Shown here one piece after another: positions 1-8,886 of a DNA stretch of 64,000 bases. The stretch lies in NCBI GenBank assembly GCA_035294005.1, contig DATGLT010000294.1, positions 2,238 to 66,237 of the forward strand, given 5' to 3'. The notes beneath the pieces were generated by a model. It did not search any database, had not been told where the DNA came from, and worked only from the letters and a program-made list of their open reading frames with translations. A program made the position numbers and the translations under genes. Origin of the DNA: Verrucomicrobiia bacterium (GTDB taxonomy: Bacteria; Verrucomicrobiota; Verrucomicrobiia; Limisphaerales; UBA8199). How positions within the stretch are numbered: the first letter of the stretch is position 1; every line of letters begins with the position of its first letter.

Positions 1-1389
1 TTCCTGATGGATTACACTATTCTCACAGGTGGGACCAGCGGATATACCTTCAATTCCGGCGCCACCTACTACATCCCGAACGGATTCGATACGGGCGCGG
101 GGGCGGTCACCTTCCAAAACGGAGCCTGCTTGAAATTTGGCACCAACGGGGTAAATACTTGGTTTGTGACCTACGGGCCCGTTAGCTTTCCGTATTCCGG
201 CCAGCCCGTCATCTTCACGTCCAAGGATGACAACACGTATGGCCAGATCATTACCAACAGCACGGCTAACCCCACGTACAGCGCCGCGCAGGAACTCTGG
301 TTTTATTACGAGACCATTCCCACCACGGTTCAAAACTGCGTGTTCCGCTGGGCGCAACGCTGCGTTCAATACGACGAAAACGGGGGCGTTTTCAACAGCC
401 CGGCACTGCAAGTGTCTGTCTTCCAAGACTCACAAATTGGCGTTTACGCGAGGATGGCCAGCGATACGCTCTACCTCTCTTCGGATTCATACTGCAATGT
501 CGCAACGCCGGTGCAAAGGACTTCTGGGACGGTGAACGGGTTGATGACTTACGATTGTGGGGTCGTTTCAGTCGCCATGGTTAACGATCCGAGCCGTGAC
601 TTAAGCGGGCTCGACACGAACAAGAACAGCCAGACAGAATGCAGCTTTGCGGTGCTGAATAGCACGAACATTGTGGCGGCGTTTATGAATACTCACTTGA
701 GCGAATACACACTCGGCGGCCCGGTCAACCCATTTCCAGGCATACCTTCGCCGAGAATGGCGAGTTGGGCCGTTTCGACGGATGGCGGGGCGCACTTCAC
801 AGACAAGGGGCCGGTTCCTCCGATTAGCACAACCACAAATGGGTCCACCGTTATCACCAATGGGGCTTCCAATGCGCTCTATGGCGACGCTGGTGACACG
901 ACCATCGCCTACGACCCGCAAAAGAACGTCGTTTACTTGTTGGCAAATCCGTCACGAGAAAATACAAATTTCTACGGATTTCGGCTGTGGGCATCTCGGG
1001 ACAATGGCCAAAATTTTACCCCTGTGAACATGGATGTGCCGGGGCGGAATACTAATGGCAGTCATTTCATCAGCGAGGCGGATAAACCGGCGCTGAAACT
1101 GAGCGGCACGAACATCTACGTTGCTGGATCGCAAGCCGGGCCGAACATCTGGGCCTCCCACTCAGTGAATGGCGGGACGAATTGGGACGCGCCACACGTA
1201 CTCGATACAGCGTCAAGTGGTGACGTACGCGGGGTTGATATTCTGATTCTCCCGGATGGAACTGTGTACTTTTTTTGGCTAAGCACGAGCGGGACCATAA
1301 ACCAGCTGCGGTACAGCTATCTGGCAACAAACGGGGTTTGGTCGAGCGCCGCGAACGTCGGACCATCCTTTAAACTGCACAGGCATTAA
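1..1389 (+). CDS. BNR/Asp-box repeat (sialidase-like beta-propeller) exported protein, upstream part. The 5' end is probably outside the window and the frame is broken near nt 1372.
   Basis: ORF 7..1389 is open back to nt 1, and the ATG at 7 is not followed by a signal peptide. Asp-box-like motifs STDGGAHF, SRDNGQNF and SVNGGTNW are present. The sequence continues in the next frame after about 1372. Confidence 0.7.
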   Translation, partial: FLMDYTILTGGTSGYTFNSGATYYIPNGFDTGAGAVTFQNGACLKFGTNGVNTWFVTYGPVSFPYSGQPVIFTSKDDNTYGQIITNSTANPTYSAAQELWFYYETIPTTVQNCVFRWAQRCVQYDENGGVFNSPALQVSVFQDSQIGVYARMASDTLYLSSDSYCNVATPVQRTSGTVNGLMTYDCGVVSVAMVNDPSRDLSGLDTNKNSQTECSFAVLNSTNIVAAFMNTHLSEYTLGGPVNPFPGIPSPRMASWAVSTDGGAHFTDKGPVPPISTTTNGSTVITNGASNALYGDAGDTTIAYDPQKNVVYLLANPSRENTNFYGFRLWASRDNGQNFTPVNMDVPGRNTNGSHFISEADKPALKLSGTNIYVAGSQAGPNIWASHSVNGGTNWDAPHVLDTASSGDVRGVDILILPDGTVYFFWLSTSGTINQLRYSYLATNGVWSSAANVGPSFKLHRH

Positions 1390-1483
1390 CGGGAGTGGGA
1401 ATCCTTTAAGGTACAATGGCGCAAACTCCAACGACTATTTTATTGATAACAGTTACCCCAAGAGCTGTTATGCCAACGGCAAC

Positions 1484-2134
1484 GTGTACATTGTATACGC
1501 CGACACGCCCACCGCCACCCCAACGACTGACCGTGGGGATATTTTTATGGTGGAGGCCAGCATCAATTGGAGCACCCACGCTCTTACGGTCTCCACTGGT
1601 CCAAAGAAGGTCAACAATGACGGAACTGAAACTGACCAATGGGACCCTTCGATAGCTGCAAACCCGTCCGGAACGGAGCTTTTTGTCGGCTATTACAGCC
1701 GCCAAAATGATCCGGTCACGAACTCGTGGATCATGGCGTACGGCGCGAAAGCGTATATTACAAACGGTTTAGCCAAAGCCACATTCGAGTGCTTTCCGAT
1801 AAGCTCAACGAGCTTCCAGCCATTATTTGCTGGGACGTCTGCCATTCCAAGCAACCCGCTGACCTACGATCCAGTTTGGCCAGCTCCAGGCATTTGTCTG
1901 GACGCTAATGCAGTTTTCAACGGCCTCCATACTCCTGGCGTTTTTTGTCCTCCCGGTATTGACTCCCCGGAGCCGGATGGGACCCACGGTGATTATTCAA
2001 ATTTCTGTGCCGACGACTACACCTGGAGTGCAGCAGATGGAGTGTACTTTTACTTTTCTTGGTGCGACCGAACTCGAGTCTTTCAAAACACCAGAGCGGA
2101 TGCGGATATCAAGTTTGCCAGAATCAAACAGTGA
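1484..2134 (+). CDS. C-terminal continuation of the BNR-repeat protein (frame-shifted fragment, likely pseudogene or sequencing error)
   Basis: This frame is open from 1301 and so overlaps the end of the previous ORF. It has no signal peptide of its own. The text reads on as ...NCTGINGSGNPLRYNG...NVYIVYAD...DQWDPSIAANPSGTELFVGYY. Confidence 0.6.
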   Translation: MYIVYADTPTATPTTDRGDIFMVEASINWSTHALTVSTGPKKVNNDGTETDQWDPSIAANPSGTELFVGYYSRQNDPVTNSWIMAYGAKAYITNGLAKATFECFPISSTSFQPLFAGTSAIPSNPLTYDPVWPAPGICLDANAVFNGLHTPGVFCPPGIDSPEPDGTHGDYSNFCADDYTWSAADGVYFYFSWCDRTRVFQNTRADADIKFARIKQ

Positions 2135-2171
2135 GCCTCAACATCTTCTGAAATCGAAAGGATATTTCGTT

Positions 2172-2741
2172 ATGAACAAACTGACCTGGTTAATTGTCAT
2201 GGGGTGCCAGGGAGTATTCGCACAAGGCACGGTTTATTTCTCAAACTACTATGGGCAACAAGTAAACGCACCTGTTTACGAATCTGATGGAACAACCCCA
2301 GTTTCGGGGTCGCAATTTATAGCGGAGCTGTTTGCTGGCCCCTCGACAAACGCCTTACAGATGATTGCCAGTACCCCTTTCATGCAAGGACCTGGGGGGG
2401 CGGGATACTTTTTCGGAGGAACACCAGCGATACCGACGGTCTTTCCTAGAAATCCCGCCTGGGTTCAGGTGGATGTTTGGAATACGGTCTTTGGAAGCAC
2501 GTTCAACCTGGCCCGCGCCTCAGGAGCTGTTGATGCGTGGTGGCAGTCGTCGGTTTTTTCGGTTTATACCGGCGGGGAGACTGTAAACCCTGCCAATCCT
2601 GGTCCGTTAACAGGACTTGGAACCTCTCCGGTGTTCCTGAATGGCGCGGTGCCCGAGCCACCCACATTGTCTTTGCTTGTGCTGGGGGGATTTTTCGCCT
2701 GGTTCCATTGCCGTCGACAGAACCATTCCCGTAAATTATGA
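2172..2741 (+). CDS. PEP-CTERM sorting-domain exported protein
   Basis: Start moved in frame from 1908 to ATG 2172. Signal peptide MNKLTWLIVMGCQGVFAQG. The C-terminus VPEPPTLSLLVLGGFFAWFHCRRQ gives a PEP motif, a TM helix and a basic tail. Confidence 0.8.
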   Translation: MNKLTWLIVMGCQGVFAQGTVYFSNYYGQQVNAPVYESDGTTPVSGSQFIAELFAGPSTNALQMIASTPFMQGPGGAGYFFGGTPAIPTVFPRNPAWVQVDVWNTVFGSTFNLARASGAVDAWWQSSVFSVYTGGETVNPANPGPLTGLGTSPVFLNGAVPEPPTLSLLVLGGFFAWFHCRRQNHSRKL

Positions 2742-2844
2742 GGCGCGTTTTGCTCACTGCTAGTCCCCAAGGCCTGTTACGCCAACGTTCCATTTACGTT
2801 GTGAAGACGTCGGCCACTTTGGGTGACCCCGAGCCTGAAGCCTT

Positions 2845-3291
2845 ATGAAAGCGAAGGTCATCCAACTAACCCTGTTGATATGCCAAGCCGCGTGGAGTCA
2901 AGGCCTTGTGGCTTTCTCCAACTTGGGGCAACAAGTGAATGCACCAGTTTACCAATCTGACGGGCTAACCGCGTTGTCCGGCACGCAGTTCATGGCGGAA
3001 CTCTTTGGTGGTCTTGGAAGCAATGCTTTGCAGGCTATCGCTAGCGCTCCGTTCATGCAGGGTTCCGCCGCTATTTTTCCGGAGGAGCAGCGGCTATTCC
3101 GGGAGCAGCCGCTCGCAGAAGGAAACCCAATGAAAACCACAGTTCATTCAGCACCCCTCTGTCCCCCTGGTATTGATGGCCCAGAACCAGATGGGACGTT
3201 GGGGGACTATATGAATTTCTGTGCCGACTGTAGCCTGCGTTTGGCGTTCCCGGGCTGGACGTCGTGGGTTTTTATGGCATTTTTGGACTGA
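2845..3291 (+). pseudogene. Degenerate chimeric remnant: N-terminal part of a PEP-CTERM paralogue fused to a copy of the BNR-gene 3' end
   Basis: The first ~72 codons are paralogous to 2172..2741 (QQVNAPVY.SDG...FMQG). After FMQG the homology continues in another frame from nt 3072 (YFSGGAAAIPGA vs YFFGGTPAIPTV). Nt 3160..3228 (CPPGIDGPEPDGTLGDYMNFCAD) copies 1946..2014. No PEP-CTERM tail remains. Confidence 0.55.
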
Positions 3292-3343
3292 GACCAAGTG
3301 GGTCTCATAAACAGAATAAGCAACAACAAATACTTACAGGAAC

Positions 3344-3730
3344 ATGAAAAAGCTACTTGCTCTCGGTGCGGCCGTGTTGATCGCGGGATCGGTTTACGCC
3401 GCGCATTACCCTGAAATCACCATAAACGATTTGAAATCCGCCATTGCGTCTAAACAGGTGACCCTGCTCGATGCCAACGGTTCAGATTCGTTCAAGGAAG
3501 GGCATATCCCCGGCGCGATCGATTTCACGGCTAATAAAGAAAAACTCGCCAAAGTGCTGCCCAAAGACAAGAACGCCCTGATCGTCGCTTACTGCGGTGG
3601 TCCCCAGTGCCAGGCGTATCAGGCGGCGGCCAAAGCGGCCGAAAAGCTCGGGTATAAGAATGTGAAGCATTTGACGGCGGGAATTTCCGGCTGGCACGAC
3701 GCCGGCGAAAAGATGGAAAAGGCAAACTAA
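3344..3730 (+). CDS. Exported single-domain rhodanese (sulfurtransferase-like)
   Basis: Signal peptide MKKLLALGAAVLIAGSVYA. Rhodanese core GHIPGAIDF...VAYCGGPQC (active-site Cys loop)...GISGW. Confidence 0.8.
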   Translation: MKKLLALGAAVLIAGSVYAAHYPEITINDLKSAIASKQVTLLDANGSDSFKEGHIPGAIDFTANKEKLAKVLPKDKNALIVAYCGGPQCQAYQAAAKAAEKLGYKNVKHLTAGISGWHDAGEKMEKAN

Positions 3731-3754
3731 GCCAAGCCACCTTGTTTTTCACAA

Positions 3755-3792
3755 CCCCAGGCGCCGGGAACTCGAAGGCGCCTGGGGTTTTT
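3755..3792 (+). terminator. Rho-independent terminator after the rhodanese gene
   Basis: Perfect 11-bp stem ccccaggcgcc / ggcgcctgggg (3755-3765 / 3777-3787), an 11-nt loop, then ttttt at 3788-3792. Confidence 0.75.
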
Positions 3793-3795
3793 CGC

Positions 3796-5496
3796 ATGCA
3801 CCGCGTGATACTTGCACAGCGCCTCGTGTGGCTCGCGTGTTTTCTGCGGGCGTCGACGTGTTTTGCCGCCGCAGATCTGGCGGCCGGCGGATCGGAAACG
3901 CGGTTGAACGTTTCCATCCGCATCGACGCATCTATAGTGAAAGGCGAGATGCGGCCGATCTGGCGCTTCTTCGGCTATGACGAGCCGAATTTCACTTACA
4001 TGAAGGACGGTCGAAAGTTGCTGTCGGAATTGAGTGAATTCGGGGGTCCCGTGTTCATCCGAACGCATCACTTATTAACGAGCGGCGATGGCAAGCCCGC
4101 CTTGAAATGGGGATCGACTGGGGCTTATTCCGAGGATTCATCGGGGACCGCTCTTTACAACTGGGCCATCCTGGATCGGATTTTTGACACCTGGGATGAA
4201 CGGCACCTTCAACCGTTCGTGGAGATTGGCTTCATGCCGGAGGCGCTTTCAGTCCATCCTCAGGATTACCCGCGCGACCCGCCCGCGGACAGACGGGTCA
4301 ATCCAGGGGTGGGTTTCAGCTATCCTCCGCGAGACTATTCCAAGTGGGGTGAGCTTTGCTACGAATGGGCGAGTCACTGCAACGCGCGGTATGGGACAAA
4401 CAAGGTCGGGCAGTGGCGGTGGGAGGTGTGGAACGAGCCGAACATCAATTATTGGAAAGGGACGCCTGAGGAGTACCACACGCTCTACGACTTCTCAGTC
4501 GAGGGGGTGCGGCGCGCTCTGCCGTCGGCGATTGTCGGTGGGCCGCACACGGCGGGCGGCCCTGGCGGCCATTTCCTGCGGGATTTCCTGACTCATTGTA
4601 TCAGTGGCACGAACCATGTTACCGGCAGAGTGGGCAGTCCCCTGGATTTTATCGCGTTCCACGCCAAGGGCAGCCCGGTATTCGAAGACAATCACGTCCG
4701 TATGGGGCTGGCAAATCAGTTGCAAAATATCGACGCCGCGTTCGCGGTGATCGGCAGCTTTCCAGAGTTGCGCAGCAAACCGATTTTCATTGGTGAATGC
4801 GACCCGGAAGGCTGTGCGGCTTGCCAGGGGCCCCAGCTTGGGTATCGCAACGGCACGATGTATTCGAGCTACACAGCGGCCAGCTTTGCCCGGATTTTTG
4901 AACTGGCCGATGCTCACCATGCGAATTTGCAAGGCGCGCTCACCTGGGCATTCGAGTTCGAGGGGCAACCGTATTTCGCCGGCTTTCGCGTGTTGGCTAG
5001 CAACGGCATCGATTTGCCTGTCTTGAATGCATTCCGCATGTTGGACAAGATGAGTGGGTCGCGAGTGGCGGTAACGAGCAGTTCCTGCCAGGACCTGCAA
5101 ACAGTCCTGAAAAACGGCGTTCGGTCAAACCCGGAGGTATCTGCGCTGGCGACGCTCTCTGAAAAGCGTTGTTGTCTGCTGGTCTGGCATTATCACGACG
5201 ACGACCTTCCCGGACCCGAGGCGTCCGTCGATCTGAACCTGGCCGGCCTGCCCTGGCCGGATGAAGTCCTCCGCGAAGAGCATTACCGGGTCGACGCCGA
5301 CCACAGCAATGCGTACGAGTTTTGGAAAAAGCTTGGATCGCCTGCCGCGCCATCAGCGGAGCAATACGCGCAGCTTGAGAAGGCAGGCAAGCTGGCGCTC
5401 CTGGAAAAGCGCGCCATCCGCATCGACGGAGGCAAGTTTGCCCGTCACATTGTTTTGCCGCGCCAGGCGATTTCGCTGCTTGTTTTTGAAAGGTGA
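3796..5496 (+). CDS. Glycoside hydrolase family 39-like (beta-xylosidase / iduronidase family)
   Basis: WRWEVWNEPNINYW acid/base motif. Start moved from 3742 to ATG 3796 because the terminator hairpin lies inside the longer ORF. MHRVILAQRLVWLACFLRASTCFAA is signal-peptide-like. Confidence 0.75.
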   Translation: MHRVILAQRLVWLACFLRASTCFAAADLAAGGSETRLNVSIRIDASIVKGEMRPIWRFFGYDEPNFTYMKDGRKLLSELSEFGGPVFIRTHHLLTSGDGKPALKWGSTGAYSEDSSGTALYNWAILDRIFDTWDERHLQPFVEIGFMPEALSVHPQDYPRDPPADRRVNPGVGFSYPPRDYSKWGELCYEWASHCNARYGTNKVGQWRWEVWNEPNINYWKGTPEEYHTLYDFSVEGVRRALPSAIVGGPHTAGGPGGHFLRDFLTHCISGTNHVTGRVGSPLDFIAFHAKGSPVFEDNHVRMGLANQLQNIDAAFAVIGSFPELRSKPIFIGECDPEGCAACQGPQLGYRNGTMYSSYTAASFARIFELADAHHANLQGALTWAFEFEGQPYFAGFRVLASNGIDLPVLNAFRMLDKMSGSRVAVTSSSCQDLQTVLKNGVRSNPEVSALATLSEKRCCLLVWHYHDDDLPGPEASVDLNLAGLPWPDEVLREEHYRVDADHSNAYEFWKKLGSPAAPSAEQYAQLEKAGKLALLEKRAIRIDGGKFARHIVLPRQAISLLVFER

Positions 5497-5533
5497 CGCG
5501 GCGGTGCCCCGCTGACGCGGCGTGTGAGTCTCT

Positions 5534-6607
5534 TTATTGCTTTTCTGTTTCGGTTTGCTCGGCCTCGGGTCGCATCTGGTCCACCAAAGGGCTAACCCTG
5601 TCCCACAGCTCGCGCGGCACCTTCGCCCGTTCTTCAATCGTTTCGATCGGGCCGTCAAAAATCAGTTTGCCGTCCTTGTCATGGGCTGTGAGGTGAAGGG
5701 AGGGATTGCTGAATAGAACGATTGTCCCCGATTCGTCCGACCGCACCATCGTTTTGGTGTTTTTTCCCGAGCTCCGCACCACTACGTCAGCTTTGTCATC
5801 CACGACAACGCCGGTGTGCGCCAGGTTCTCCAGGACCTTCCGAAGCGGGGCGAGGGTTGTGTCTGAATTGGTAATGTTGCGCAGAGCGTCACGGATCGTA
5901 ACGCGGGCCTGGTCCATGCCGCGGCGGATGTCGTCCTGCACCTCTCTTTGATCGATCTTGATGTTGCCCAGGGTTTCGCGCAACACGCGCATCTGGTCGC
6001 GCACGGTATCATCAAGGTGCATCTGCTGGAATTGCTTGTTCAATTCTTTGAACGTGCCGCGTAATGCGCGCTCGCCTTGCTCCCATTGCCCGGGTTCGAC
6101 GTTCCTTTTGCCCAGGGTCACCGAAATGGTTTCGCGCTTGCCCCCTCTGAAAAACTCGAGCTTTACCGGGGAACCATTTTCACGGACGCGGACGAGTTTC
6201 TTCAATTGTGCCGGGTGCACCAGCGACTGGTCTTCAAAACGCGTCAGAAGGTCGTTTTTCTTAAGCCCGGCCTTGGCGGCGGGGCTGTCAGGCGCGACGT
6301 ACGTGACGACCAGGCCGACACCCGGTTCGAGGTCGAGTTGTGAGGCGAGCGCTTCTGTTGCCTCGACTGTCGAGATGCCCAGCCAGGAAACCTCTTTTCG
6401 GGACGAGGTCGCCTCGGCTTCTGCATCGGCTTCCACGTTCACGTCCGCAACGGCCTCGGCATTCGCTGTCGGCGGCTCAGGAGCCGCGGCGTCGGCGGCC
6501 AGCTTCAACCCGCCTGCAAAGTTTGAGGCTGTGGAAGTGAGAAGCACGCTCAAGAAAAGTAAAACACTGCGGCCGATGGCGTGGTGGAAGTGAGTTGGTG
6601 TCTTCAT
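5534..6607 (-). CDS. Exported PDZ-domain protein, last gene of the ECF sigma operon
   Basis: Signal peptide MKTPTHFHHAIGRSVLLFLSVLLTSTA. PDZ core GVGLVVTYVAPDSPAAKAGLKKNDLLTRFEDQ. Located 17 nt downstream of the anti-sigma-like gene. Confidence 0.7.
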   Translation of the reverse strand: MKTPTHFHHAIGRSVLLFLSVLLTSTASNFAGGLKLAADAAAPEPPTANAEAVADVNVEADAEAEATSSRKEVSWLGISTVEATEALASQLDLEPGVGLVVTYVAPDSPAAKAGLKKNDLLTRFEDQSLVHPAQLKKLVRVRENGSPVKLEFFRGGKRETISVTLGKRNVEPGQWEQGERALRGTFKELNKQFQQMHLDDTVRDQMRVLRETLGNIKIDQREVQDDIRRGMDQARVTIRDALRNITNSDTTLAPLRKVLENLAHTGVVVDDKADVVVRSSGKNTKTMVRSDESGTIVLFSNPSLHLTAHDKDGKLIFDGPIETIEERAKVPRELWDRVSPLVDQMRPEAEQTETEKQ

Positions 6608-6624
6608 AGAGTGGATAGAGCAGG

Positions 6625-7095
6625 TTAATAAATGTCGAGCTTGACGGGGACAATTTCGAGCCGCGGCGTGCTCCGTTCGAGAACCAGGCCCGCCGAAGAA
6701 TCACGCACCCGCACTTTGTCCATCCATTGTTCGCAACGAAACCGGACTGGTTCACCGTCAGGCAGGTTCGCGATCGCGTCGAAATTCGTGATCCATTGCC
6801 GGTCGATTTCAACGTGATCGGCCTTCAGAGGACTTGATGTCGCTAGAGCAGGCGCGGGTTTCCTTGCCTCATGTCCGGCCAGAGCAAAGACGCAGGCCGC
6901 GGCGGCCAGGCTGGCCGGCAACAACCATTTCAGTAACTGCGGCAACGGCCTTTTCGCCGGTTTCGCGCGGAGATCAACTGACGAGCGTAGTTGTTCAAGT
7001 TCCTGGCGGATGTGCTTCAACGCCTGCGGATGCGGTCGTGCCGGATGCAGCGAACGCAACTCGGATTCGTATGGATCGGGACCAAATTCGTTCAT
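6625..7095 (-). CDS. Putative anti-sigma factor (single-pass membrane protein)
   Basis: Its ATG overlaps the sigma-factor stop (ATGA at 7092-7095). One TM helix, LLKWLLPASLAAAACVFALAG. The call rests on position only; no zinc-binding anti-sigma motif is visible. Confidence 0.5.
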   Translation of the reverse strand: MNEFGPDPYESELRSLHPARPHPQALKHIRQELEQLRSSVDLRAKPAKRPLPQLLKWLLPASLAAAACVFALAGHEARKPAPALATSSPLKADHVEIDRQWITNFDAIANLPDGEPVRFRCEQWMDKVRVRDSSAGLVLERSTPRLEIVPVKLDIY

Positions 7096-7634
7096 GTAAA
7101 AACTTCTCGCGAGAGTCTTCTCAACTCCTGCAGGCCGTAACGGTACCTCGAGGCGGCCGTGTTGGCCGGAATGTTGAGCGTCTCGGCGATTTCAAGAAAC
7201 GTCAGTTCTCCCCAGACTTTTAGCGTGATGACCTCGCGATAAATTTCGGGGAGTTTCTGCATGGCGACCTGAATTGTCCTGGCCCGTTCTCGGTCTTCAA
7301 TTTCTGTGTCGAACCAGGAATCCGCTCCCGGCGCGGCCGCCAACTCGCGGGCGCGGCGGCGGTCGTCCTGGCGCGCCAGATCAATGGCGCGCCGGTGCAT
7401 CGTGGCAAACACCAGCGCGGGAGCCGGTGGGTTGTCCCCTCCGATCCGCCGCGCCGCTTCAATAATGGCTTCCTGCATCAAATCTTGCGCGTCGGCTTCG
7501 CTACGCGCTTTCTGCCGGGCATAAAGCAAGAACTTAGCGGAATGCAACTCCAACCAGCTTTGCCATTCAGCGTCTGTGGTTCTTTCGCCCATCCAGGCAT
7601 GTCTCGGCACTTTCAAAGTATAAAGCGTCGCCAA
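7092..7634 (-). CDS. ECF-type RNA polymerase sigma-70 family factor
   Basis: Region 2 DAQDLMQEAIIEAARR. Region 4 HTH LTFLEIAETLNIPANTAASRYRYGLQELRR. Size 180 aa. Confidence 0.85.
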   Translation of the reverse strand: MATLYTLKVPRHAWMGERTTDAEWQSWLELHSAKFLLYARQKARSEADAQDLMQEAIIEAARRIGGDNPPAPALVFATMHRRAIDLARQDDRRRARELAAAPGADSWFDTEIEDRERARTIQVAMQKLPEIYREVITLKVWGELTFLEIAETLNIPANTAASRYRYGLQELRRLSREVFT

Positions 7635-7707
7635 AGTTTAAACCTGTCTAACTTTTGAAGGAAGGATCGGGGTTTGCTAATGGACCTCCTTCTGCTAAGG
7701 GTATTTA

Positions 7708-8877
7708 GTGCATTATTTCGTCCAGCGCAGTGGTTTGCGGGACCTTTACGACAAGGTCACGGCGGGAGAACGCATTACCGACGCCGAAGCGTTGCGCCTG
7801 TTCGAGAGCAAAGACCTCAATGCCCTGGGTGCCATTGCCGACCTTGCCAGGGAACGGAAAGCGGGCAACCAGGCGAGTTACATCCTCAATTGCTACATCA
7901 ATTACTCGAACTATTGCATTCTCAGCTGCCAATTCTGCGCATTTGCCCGAAAAAAGCGTGATGCCGACGGTTTCCAGTTCAGTGTCGAGGAAATTGTGCA
8001 GAAAGCGCGCGCGGCCTTGAAACTGGGCGTTACAGAATTGCATATCGTCGGCGGGCTTCATCCCTCGCTCCCTTTTGGTTTTTACGTCGAAATGCTCCAG
8101 GCTTTGAAAGCACTGGACGGCCGGCTTCAGCTCAAATGCTTTACCGCGATTGAAATCCTGCACCTTGCCTGGCTGGCAAAGAAAACAACCGAGGAAACCC
8201 TGCGCGAGCTCAAAGCCGCCGGGCTGGATTCTTTGACAGGCGGCGGGGCTGAAATCTTCAATCCCACGGTGCGTTCTGCCATTGCCAAAGGCAAGGAATC
8301 CGCTGAGGAATATCTGGACGTGCACCGGACATGGCATCGGATGGGTGGGAGGAGCACTTGCACCATGTTGTACGGGCATGTCGAGACGCTGGCCGACCGC
8401 GTGGATCATTTGCGTCGGCTGCGGGAATTGCAGGACGAGACCCACGGGTTTGTCGGGTTCGTCCCGCTGGCTTATCATCCCGATAACAACCGCATCCCGG
8501 TTGAACACGGGCCCAGCGGTTTTGATACGCTTCGCACACTGGCGGTCAGCAGAATTTATCTCGATAACTTCGCACACATAACCGCGTACTGGGTTGGTTT
8601 GGGAATGAAACTGGCCCAGGTGGGGCTGAGCTATGGCGCTGATGATTTGCACGGGACCATCCTCGAAGAACACATCTTTCACATGGCCGGCGCGAAATCG
8701 CCACAGCTTCAGACCGAAGCGGACATGGTCAAAGCGATCCGTGAGGCAGGCCGAGAGCCGGTCCAGCGCAATACGTTCTACGAGCCAATCACCTCCGCAG
8801 GGGCGTCTGTGCCCGAAACGGCAAATGGCGCGGACGGTTCCTCGAAATTGCTCGAACGCAATCTCGCGACCGCTTAA
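7708..8877 (+). CDS. Radical-SAM enzyme of the MqnE/MqnC family (futalosine menaquinone pathway; probably aminofutalosine synthase MqnE)
   Basis: CILSCQFCAF CxxxCxxC cluster motif in the NxYINYSNxC context. About 390 aa. Directly followed by mqnA. GTG start. Confidence 0.7.
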   Translation: MHYFVQRSGLRDLYDKVTAGERITDAEALRLFESKDLNALGAIADLARERKAGNQASYILNCYINYSNYCILSCQFCAFARKKRDADGFQFSVEEIVQKARAALKLGVTELHIVGGLHPSLPFGFYVEMLQALKALDGRLQLKCFTAIEILHLAWLAKKTTEETLRELKAAGLDSLTGGGAEIFNPTVRSAIAKGKESAEEYLDVHRTWHRMGGRSTCTMLYGHVETLADRVDHLRRLRELQDETHGFVGFVPLAYHPDNNRIPVEHGPSGFDTLRTLAVSRIYLDNFAHITAYWVGLGMKLAQVGLSYGADDLHGTILEEHIFHMAGAKSPQLQTEADMVKAIREAGREPVQRNTFYEPITSAGASVPETANGADGSSKLLERNLATA

Positions 8878-8886
8878 GCTACCGCC

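Noticed and set aside
1908-2171. 5' extensions of track ORFs. This entry is one example. Others are 10532-10753, 15587-15808, 17899-18060, 19251-19379, 26415-26510, 32469-32579, 37730-38038, 37578-37832, 39534-39635, 44245-44610, 48495-48686 and 57554-57712.
   Set aside because: The extensions overlap upstream genes, a tRNA or terminators, and lack conservation-like sequence. In each case an internal start gives a canonical N-terminus or signal peptide.
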